A stretch of 62,359 bases of DNA, filler included, from Dugesia japonica (lineage: Eukaryota), in assembly GCA_001938525.1 (NCBI GenBank). It is 4 parts of 4 records of this genome, joined end to end, with 100 filler letters (N's around TTAATTAATTAA, not from the genome) between each part and the next. Parts side by side here need not be neighbours in the genome. Positions count along the whole stretch, not along the records: positions 46,998 to 62,359 come from MQRL01623656.1; 3 more parts are not named here. One strand, 5' to 3'. Shown piece by piece: positions 53,071-62,359 of the stretch. The translations under genes were made by a program, and so were the position numbers. The first letter of the stretch is position 1; every line of letters begins with the position of its first letter. The notes beneath the pieces are model-generated. The model was not told the DNA's origin. It worked only from the letters and a program-made list of their open reading frames with translations, and searched no databases.

Positions 53071-54279
53071 ATTTGCGGTAAAACTGAATTATGTATTTTT
53101 GATCAACCATCTCCTCAAGCTGTAATTGAAAATGGTGCTTTCAAAGATGTCTTTCCTATGAATTCAATTTCTGAATCTCATAGTGATGTAGAGTTTTTTA
53201 TAAACGGATCTCAAACAGAATATTTGGATTTGAATCATACTGTATTGTTTATTAAAGTAAAAGTAGTTGATAAGGATGATAAAAATTTGACTGATAACGA
53301 TGATTCGGTTCGTAGTAACTATATGTTTCATACACTTTTTAAGGATGTAATACTTTCGTTTAATAATTTCAAAATTGAAGGTGAAAATGGATCTTATCTG
53401 TACAAAGCATTGATTGAAACTATAATTAATTATAATGGTGATAGTAAAAATATCTGTCTTGCAACAATGGGATATGGATCAGAAGCAGATAGTCTATTGC
53501 AAAATCAAAACAATTATCTCTATGTGGTTCTTTGCAACTCGATTTCATGGATCAACCTTATACCCTATTCCTGGTGTCAATGTTCATATTCGATTGAAAC
53601 GAGCAGATACTGATATTTGTTTGGAATCTGCAGCCAATCAACCTAAATATATATTACTAGATGCAAAATTAAGGGTTAGACGTGTACGTGTTGAACCCTC
53701 AGTACAAATTGCTCATTAAATGGGTCTAAAAAAGCAAAATGCTGTTTATCCAATAAGAATCAAGGAAGTCATTGCATTTGCAATTAGTAAAGATAGTTCA
53801 TCGTTTTATAAGGAACAAATCTTTGGTGATCGTCGATTATCTAGCTTTATTCTAGTTACATTTCAAAGTGGTGAACAATATAATGATAAGTATAAAAGCT
53901 TGAGTTCAACATTTAAAATTCTAGATGCTGTTTCCGTTTCCTTGTAGAAAAACACTGATTATCTAGAAATATATACTCAAGATTTTACAAACGATAATTT
54001 TGCCGCAAAATATATGCAATCTATAGTAAGAAATATGGGATATTTGTATAAGAATGTGAATTGTGGAATAACACTTCAAGAATTTAAGGATAATTATCCA
54101 TTCTTTACATTTGTTTTTGCTCCAGATTTTGATATAAATCAGAGTCAATTAGCTTAACAAGGAAATTTGAGATTGGATATCAAATTGCCAAAGCTTTAAC
54201 AACATCGGCATATGTTCTCATTTATTGAGTATTCGAAAAAGAAATTCAAATTAAAGAAAACGGAACAGTATTGGTGTAA
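53060..54279 (+). pseudogene. Maverick major capsid protein (PY/hexon-like), disrupted
   Basis: VEFFINGSQTEYLDLNHTVLFIKVKV...NYMFHTLFKDV...YLYKALIETIINY; IPGVNVHIRLKR; AKLRVRRV; NAVYPI; FVFAPD; GNLRLDIKL. Confidence 0.88.
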
Positions 54280-54876
54280 ACAATGCTATGTATTCTTGAA
54301 ATAATTGTAATAAAGTAAGAGTTAATGTTTAATTTATTGTTTAATTTATTAATTCTATTCAGATTGAACCGAGTACATCAATGTTACTTAAATCATCTTA
54401 TTTCAGTAAACAATGCCTTAATCGTCAAAACTCATACCACAAATCTATGTGAAGAACACTAAATAACGNNNNACAATAAAAGAAGCAACATTACATATGA
54501 AATATTTATTTGCATGTATTTGTATTTTAAGAAATATATGTTTTATTATCAATTAATCTTGTTCATTTTTTCTTTTTAATAATACTAAGAAACAAACGTA
54601 CTCTATTTAAATAAAACTGTTATTATGTATTTAATTTTGTGAACATGTCATGAACATAAATTTAGCATGACACGAGCATGCATTTAGATTACTTCCTCAA
54701 ATCACATGGTTATTATGTAAATAAAACCTATAATACATGGTTACTATGTAAATAATACACTCATAAACCAACTGTAATTAACAAACTATTTACTTATAAG
54801 TTTTGTTATATAAATAATGCAAGAAAGAAACAAAATTATTCAAATCTTTTTATTAAACAACAAAATAATAATTACA

Positions 54877-55191
54877 TTAATTCCGACGAAACAAATAAAA
54901 TATCAAAAAGGATGTCAATAAAGTTGCAGCAATAAGTTTATTTCTCTTTTGTCTCTTCAATTCTTCTTTAATTTTGTCCATGAATATTGATCGAACAATG
55001 AGTTCAACATACTTATGTTTTCTCAATAGACCATTGTCGATCCTGCTTATGAATTGAATTTCGTCAACGGATCCACTGGTTATTTTATCTGCCAATTTTT
55101 TAATATGTCTTTCCACTTGCTTCATTTCTTCAATGGATCCACCGGTGACTGCATCTGTAATTTGTTTAATTCCTCTTTTGATTTGGTTCAT
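54877..55191 (-). CDS. Orphan 104-aa tail-anchored protein inside the Maverick
   Basis: Intact ORF; TATATAAA ~55 nt upstream; internal repeat ITDAVTGGSIEE / LADKITSGSVDE; C-terminal KRQKRNK-LIAATLLTSFLIFYLF-RRN. Confidence 0.6.
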   Translation of the reverse strand: MNQIKRGIKQITDAVTGGSIEEMKQVERHIKKLADKITSGSVDEIQFISRIDNGLLRKHKYVELIVRSIFMDKIKEELKRQKRNKLIAATLLTSFLIFYLFRRN

Positions 55192-55539
55192 TTTATTATA
55201 GTAATTTTGAATTGTAAAAGTGACTTATTTTAGGAAACCTGTTGTTTATATACTCACTTCGATACATACATACTCGTTATTTGTTAGTTTTTATTGGTCG
55301 TTACATGTTTTAAAGGAAATGAATGGTTATNNNNNNNNNNNNNNNNNNNNNNNNNNNNNNNNNNNNNNNNNNNNNNNNNNACATGTTTTAAAGGAAATGA
55401 ATGGTTATTATTCATTTTGATTTATATGATTGGATGTAATTTGTTTTAAATGATGTGATCTGTTATCTAAAATATTCATGAACATTATGAAAGCATGCAT
55501 TGTGCATGAAGCGAGCATGCATTTTGCATGGTGACCTCT

Positions 55540-55907
55540 TATTACACGGTTAATATACTCATAAACCCTGAAATATAGGGTTACTATATAATTATTACTC
55601 TCATAAGCAATATATACACAGTTGCTATGTAAATAATATACTCATAAACCCTATAATACACTTATAATCTCTATATTACATGGTTGTTATGTAAATAATA
55701 CATGGTAACTACACAAATAATGTACTCGTAAACTCTATAGGACAGGGTTACTATGTAATAATACATTCATAATTCTTAAAATACATGGTTGCTATCTAAA
55801 CAATATACTCATAAACCATATAATACAAGGTAACTATATAAATAATATACGCATAAACAATATAATACAAGGTAACTATGCAAATAATATACTCATAAAC
55901 CCTATAC
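55540..55907. repeat. ~41-bp subterminal tandem repeat (ggttactatgtaaataatatactcataaaccctataatacat)
   Basis: Repeated units next to the right TIR; further copies at 54700-54775. Confidence 0.75.
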
Positions 55908-57499
55908 ACTCATAAAAATATTTTCTAATAAGTTTTTTATATAGACTTATTAGTTATATATGGAAAGGTTCCATGAATTTATGATTTTTATGGAAACAGT
56001 TCTATGTTTTTTTATCATTTTGTTCAAAGAAATGTTGTCATTTTAATTTGTTTTTTATATAAAAAAAATGCATGTTTTTATTAAGTTGTTTTTATAAAAA
56101 ATTGCATCATCAATGAGATTTTTTATTAAAAATTTCGTCGGTAATGATATTTTCTATTAGAAATTGCAACACTAATGAGATTTTTTATTAAAAATTGCAT
56201 CGCTAATATGTTTTTTATAGAAAAGTTTTAATTTCAATATTTTAGCATGAAAATATCACGAAGTCTCCCCTCTTTAAAATTTTTGGATAGATTTATTTGA
56301 TAATAGAAATATCACAAAGATTTGAAGTTTTTTGATAGATATGTTTTATCATGAATATCGCAAATACTCCCCTCTTTGATTATTTTTAATGCACTGAAAA
56401 TCATGTGACTGATAATTTTCATTAATAAAAACAATAGGTTTGCAACTCAGATGTCATTAGAATGTAACACACATACACTTAAAATCATGCGCCAGATAAC
56501 TTTTAAAACTCAACATAGCCTACATTTTGATTTTTCAAAACTCAACATAGCTGCCAGTTTGAATTTTTATTTATTTTTTAATGAATGCAATAGGTATGCA
56601 ACTCAGATACAACACGCATACAATGAAAATCACACGCCTATGAATTTTAGACTACCCCATCCCATGCAAAATATCAAGTCTGCCCATCACATGATAAATA
56701 TAGACTGCCCGTTACTAAATATAGAAACTCCCCCTGTTAAATATCAAGACTGCTCCATTTTATACATAAATATAAAGTCTGCTCAAGAAAATTTTAATTT
56801 CCCATGCAAAAATAAATTTTTGAATTTCCTGCCAAAAAATCTTTTTTTGAATTTACAACCAAAAAAAAATTTTTAAATTTCCTTCCAAAAATTTTTTATA
56901 ATACCAACAAAAAATAACAAGACTTCCTTCTTTCCTGCTCAAAAAATATGAAAACACACTTCCCAGTCAAAAATACTCAAAAATACATCAAATACATTAA
57001 AATGCCATTACTTTCATCAAATTCATCATTTTAAGCAAATTACAATATTTTAAACTAAAATAAAGATTTCAAAAGATTATGACGACATACACCCCCAACA
57101 GAAAAATTTCAAATAATTATTGAAAAATCTAATAATTAATTCTTTTTCCACACATACCACTCTCCTCGTCACCAAAAAATTTTTTAACACACTTTTACTA
57201 CTTACAAAAATCAATCAAACAAATTAAAGCCATTAAAATAAAAAATCAAAGCACATTCGACAACCCAAACACACACAAAATTTAAAATTTAAAATTACAC
57301 ACACACACTTCCAGGACCAAAAAAATATGATCCGATCAAACATTTTTTGATCCCAAAAATCTTATAAAGAAAAAACTAACTAAAAAATCTTAGCACAAAA
57401 ATTCTTAGCACAGTCTAATGTGTTTCGGAGCCCCCCAGGGGAGGGGGAGGGGGTCCCCTAAAAATGTGCTTGTTTCTTGGCGCTACTATCTATCTACTA

Positions 57500-59480
57500 A
57501 CCATGTCTAGACTACTCGGATGATTATTCTATGTCTAAAATTGCAACGTAATTGGTTTCTTCGTCGTCATCATGAAAGTTAGAGCTTTATGATCTGTTCT
57601 AAAATCTTCTACAGTACAAAAAGTGTTTGAAGTGCATGCAAAAATAATAAACAGCCAAGAATTAATTTCGTGTTATGCAATATCCCTTTTCATGACTCAT
57701 CATTGAGTGTGATCCATGGTCAACAACTCATCCTCTTCCTTCTTTATCTCTGTGTGACAATACTGCTCCAATCGTAACAAAACTGGCATCTGTATCTAAT
57801 ATAAATTCTTTGTTTATGTCTGAAAAACACAATATTGTTGCAGTCATTAGAGATTTCTTAACAAAAGTATCGTTTATTTCATCTGTCCATTCTAACTTTT
57901 TGTTGCTTGGCCTGCTAAACAACTACTCTAAGATCCTTGGTTTTCTTGCGAAGTTTTCTATAAACTTTCTGTAATAATTACATATTCATAAGAAACTTCG
58001 TAACCTCTTCACACATTTAGGTTTGCCAAATGTTCTTATTGCTTCTATTTTAGACGGATCAGTTCTGACACCATCCCTGCTAGTTATGTGTCCAAGAGGT
58101 TTGATTTCGCTTTGAAGAAACTGACACTTTCCGGATTAATTCTTAGACCAGCCTTCATTATTTCCGTCAATACGCTTTCAATTACTTCAAAGAGTTGATC
58201 TTTATTGTTCGTAAATATCAGGATGTCATCAAGATATACCATGGATCCATTGATTTAGCCTACCACTTTTGTCATAATCTCTTGAAATGTCCCTGATGCT
58301 GCTGCGATGCCAAATGGCATTCTATTAAAACCATATTGTCCATATTTTTTGAAAAAGCCGTTTTTTTCTTGAGATTCTTCTTCGAGCTCGACTTGATAGC
58401 ATGCATGTACTAAATCTATTGAACTGAAATATTTGGCTCCATTTAACTTGTCCTGCATTTCATTGACATTAGGCATCGGAAAGGCTTGTCATTTCGTTAC
58501 TGCATCCAATTGTCTGAAATCCAAGCATATTTTTATGTCCTTCTTTTCCTTTTTCCAAACACAGTTCAGTGGGGTATTCCATGGAGAGTTGCATTTCCTG
58601 ATAATATTATTCTCAAAAAGGTTTTGGATAGCTTCTTCAATTTTAGATTCTAAGTTCATTGGTTGCCTGTATGGTTTTACATTGATTGGTTCACCACTTG
58701 TGATTATTTTGTATCTTGTCCGATGTGTGCGTCTTACAACCCATTTATTTGTCATAAAAACATCTTCTTTATTTCTAATTATTTTCAATAATCGATGATC
58801 CTATTTAATCTTAAAAAGTATTTAAGGCTTTTGTCAATTGCTCTCTTTTTAAATTTGTCTTCCGAATTTCGCTTTTATATTGCAAATGTAATTTTTGACT
58901 TTTTCATTCGTTTTGATATCAACCTTTCGCATAAGCTGGTATCGAAAAATCTTCTGCATATCTATTCCTGCTATCAGATCTGGTGTTACTCTTTCAGCAA
59001 CTAAGAAAGTAATCTCTTTGCAAACTTCATCAATTATCACTCCGGTTCTAACCTTTTCAACAATTTCAAGTGTACTATTATTTGCACAACGCAATCTTTC
59101 ATCACTCATTTCTAAATGAACTTCACGTAATTTGTTAAAACAACCTAAACTCATCACGTTTATTCAAGTCCCTGTATCTAATAGACATTTGACTTTATTT
59201 TCTTGAATTGATACTGTAACACTTGGCCTGCCTTGCAATTTATGGTACGAAATATTTGTTTTCTGTTCTGCTTCAACTGTTCCAACCCATTCTACTTTTC
59301 TATAATCCGTAAAACTTTCCCTCTTTAAGTACCTGTATACTTTTTCTGTAACTTTTCTGATATCATCCGATTTTTGGACCCCTTGAGGATAATTACTAAC
59401 TTCATTTAACAATGGATGGCTCCAACTAACTCCTCTACTGGTGAAGCTCTGCCTTTTGGGTACTGCCTTTCAGAATCACT
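57500..59480 (-). mobile_element. Gypsy pol fragment (PR, RT, RNase H)
   Basis: CLLDTG; PWNTP...CLDFRQL; MPFGIAAASGTFQ; YLDD; FILDTDASF. Confidence 0.92.
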
Positions 59481-59939
59481 TTTATTGTGATATATCTCTT
59501 TTTCATAAAGTTTGGACTTTCTATATATTAATAAGACAAGGAAAGAAAGATTAGATTAGCATTACATTCATATTCATAAACAAAATCAGAACACAAGTTA
59601 ATTCCCGTGTTATTACTTAATAAATGACTTATTACTAAACATATTTATAATTTTATAAAATTGCAAAACAACTTTAAAATTCCAACAGTCATTTCTATAT
59701 TTTAATAACCCATTCCTATATTGATTAAACCATTCTGAATACGGAATAGTTCATACGTAACTAAAATTATCTATCTTACTTGGGTGTTTGATAATATTTT
59801 CACAATTAAAATTATTACTATCATTATTATTGACATCTTTAATTTCATTATTATTTCTAAAACGATTTTATGAATAGTTTCACGATATTATTTCTCCATA
59901 ATTGATTTATAATAACCATTTTTATCTAGTAAAGAAGTT

Positions 59940-61650
59940 AGACTTTAAAGATTAGCAGGGTAATGGTCTTGTAATTTTGAATGATTTTGATTATATAAGT
60001 AAAATAATAGAGATTTCGAAAGGACTGCAATTTTTGGAAAATTAATAAATTTCGTAAAAATGGTAAATTGTCACCAATCTAAGACGAAGAAAGTTTGAAT
60101 GGTTTATTAAAAAAACTAATCAGTGACAAACTTCTTGATGTTAATTGTATAAGATTATTAAGGTGGTTGGTTCACAGCCATCTAGGTTGTATGGTCTTCC
60201 TAAAGTCCATGAGAGTAATGTTCCTATGACACCTGTATTATCTTTCACTATCACAGATCAGTATAATCTTGCTAATATTTAAGATAAGAAAAGTAAACCT
60301 TTGATTGACTCCAAATATGAATGCAAGGATAGCTTTGATTTTTGTAATTTTATTTCTAATTCTGAAGTTTTTAGTATAACTGAATGTATGGCGTTCGATG
60401 ATGTTGTTAGTTTGTTTACAAATATTTCATTAGATGAAACTATTAATCTATGTTGTGAATTATGGGAGAAAAATTTGTCTAAGCATAATTTTTAACATGT
60501 TACTGATTTTAGGGAACTTTTGAGCTTTGCTACTTCTAATATACATTTTTTGTTTAATGATAAATTATACAAACCAGTTGATGGAGTTGCTATGGGTTCA
60601 CATCTTGCTCCTACTTTAAATTCTTTGTTTTTGGCAAATATTGAGAAAAAGATTAATTTGTTTATTGGAAATAAGCCACTAGTGTATAAACTCTATGTGA
60701 ATGATATATTTCTGATTTTTAATAANCAAGTAGATATTGANCCATTCCTAAACTATATGAATTCGTTACATAACAACATTAAATTCACTACAGAAATGGA
60801 ATGTAAATCTAAACTTTCTTTCCTTGATTTATCATTAAAAAGAAAGTCCAAACATTATGAAACTGAGATTTATCACAAACTAACGAATACGGGCTTGTAT
60901 ACATCTACTGTTAGTTTTTATCACAATGTTCTCATTACAAGTATAACATGATTAAAGGACTGTCGTAAAGATCGTGGACTCTTTCCTCTTCATATTTGAA
61001 CTCTTGTGCTAATAATCAAAGTTTAACTTCTTTACTAATAGAAAATGGTTATTGTAAATCAATTTTGGAGAAATTAAATCGTGAAACAATTGATAAGATC
61101 ATTTATAAAAATAATAATGAAATTAAAGATGTTAATAATAATGATAGTAATAATTTTAATTGTGAAAATATTATCAAAGACCCAAATAAGATAGATAAGT
61201 TTCGTTACTTATTAACTATTTCGTATTCAGAATGGTTTAAACAATATAAGAATGGGTTATTAAAATATAGAAATGACTGTTGGAATTTTAAAATTNNNNN
61301 NNNNNNNNNNNNNNNNNNNNNNNNNNNNNNNNNNNNNNNTAAAACACCGATTCAATTGTGTTCTGATCTTGTTTATAAATATGAATGTAATGGGTGTAAT
61401 GCCACATACATTGGAGAAACTTCCAGTTATCTCTGTACAAAAATTCAAGAACATCGTCGAATTGGTAGTGGAATAAATATTGATGAACATTAATTGCAAA
61501 TCAGTTATCAGTATAAATAATTTTAAAATTTTGTGCAAAAACTTTAAAGATTATTTGGAGAGAGGCATGTGTAAAACATTGATAATTAGATCAATTGATC
61601 GAAAAATTAATGTTCAAACTGGTTTTCTAAATCTTTATTAAATGTTTTTA
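59940..61650 (+). mobile_element. Penelope-like element (RT + C-terminal GIY-YIG endonuclease), degenerate
   Basis: LYGLPKVH...P.LS; DVVSLFTNI; GVAMGS.LAP; YVNDIF; FLDL; YHK.TNTGLY; LVYKYECNGCNATYIGET...IQEH. Confidence 0.92.
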
Positions 61651-61790
61651 ATTAATTTGATTTATTGGAGAGATTGCATAATTGTGTACATTATCAGAAT
61701 TTTTTAATATATAATCATTTTTTTTAAAAAATGAAAAAAATAAATAAATATTCTTTCAATAAAGAATTTTCAAAAAACGAATTAAATTAT

Positions 61791-61833
61791 TATATCCGAA
61801 AATGACAGTTATGCTGTCGAAACATGTAATGCA
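61791..61833 (+). ncRNA. Degenerate minimal hammerhead ribozyme in the Penelope 3' pLTR
   Basis: tatat-CCGAAAA (vs CTGAAGA)-t-GACAG(ttatg)CTGTC-GAAA-CATG-TA-atgca: palindromic CATG loop, located just downstream of the GIY-YIG ORF. Confidence 0.65.
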
Positions 61834-62359
61834 GAAATATATATTTAAATGGAGTTTCAAAGTTTTTAATATAAATAATTATAAAATATTTTTTTAAAAA
61901 TAATTGTTCTTTTAGTTTTTTTTAAATTGTAACAAAACTATGAAAAGTTAAAACATTTAAACCAACTTTTTTAATAAAAGGAATTTTGAAATATTCATTT
62001 TTTATAATAAATTTTTTATTTTATTTTAATTTTGAAATTGAAAATTTAGGTTAAAAATCGTTTATAATAACCTAAATATTTTCAATGTAAGTTAAAATTT
62101 CTTTAGTAAAATTAATTTCTTCGTATAGTAATAAATATTTGATTTATAATTTATTTCAGTAATATATTTACTGTAACTGACATTTATAATTATTACTGTT
62201 TTTTAGAAGATGCAGCTTCAATGTTTATCAATTTAATTATTCATTTCCGTTCATTAAACAAATCATCTTGTTTCTTTACTATATTTTTTCAATGTAATAT
62301 ATGAAAATCTTTTACAATTGTTTATTTACCATTAATAAGCTATTATAAATTCAAAAAAA

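Larger units (their letters stand above)
49156..57498 (+). mobile_element. Internally deleted Maverick/Polinton, 8.3 kb, with long TIRs
   Basis: TIRs 49156-50603 and 55908-57498 with AGTAG...CTACT ends; encloses PW-like, integrase, minor capsid, PZ-like and major capsid remnants. pPolB, ATPase and protease were not seen. Confidence 0.92.

Noticed and set aside
54350-54515. Small secreted Cys peptide gene in the Maverick (minus strand)
   Set aside because: The hydrophobic start is followed by Ns and stops in all frames; not supportable.
49150-57504. 6-bp target-site duplication of the Maverick
   Set aside because: Flanks aggaat and aaccat match at only 3 of 6 positions.

Overview
AT-rich eukaryotic (probably invertebrate) genomic DNA with very short (41-53 nt) GT-AG introns, made up mostly of nested, decayed transposable elements. 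Three artificial N44-TTAATTAATTAA-N44 linkers (23123, 35248, 46942) split the window into four joined pieces, so synteny across them cannot be trusted. Main content: (i) Maverick/Polinton (adintovirus-like) DNA from two lineages. One lineage is represented by an 8.3-kb internally deleted element (49156-57498) with ~1.5-kb terminal inverted repeats (TIRs), which keeps the virion-structural genes plus one intact orphan tail-anchored ORF, and by several further termini. The other is represented by a double-jelly-roll capsid gene, an EndoVII-containing protein-primed PolB and three partial copies of a Zn-finger/parvovirus-type PLA2/retroviral-integrase fusion gene. (ii) At least seven Ty3/Gypsy elements or fragments, three with very short (~110-140 bp) LTRs and one with a ~3.4-kb Cys-repeat extension after the integrase. 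(iii) An RTE-like LINE with C-terminal C2H2 fingers, an RLE-type non-LTR fragment, a Penelope element, three minimal hammerhead-ribozyme motifs, and mariner/Tc1, Merlin and MITE-like relics. (iv) A few host genes: a spliced tandem ubiquitin-like gene, the 3' end of a tail-anchored protein gene, and an orphan ORF. All calls come from manual motif reading; no database searches were run.
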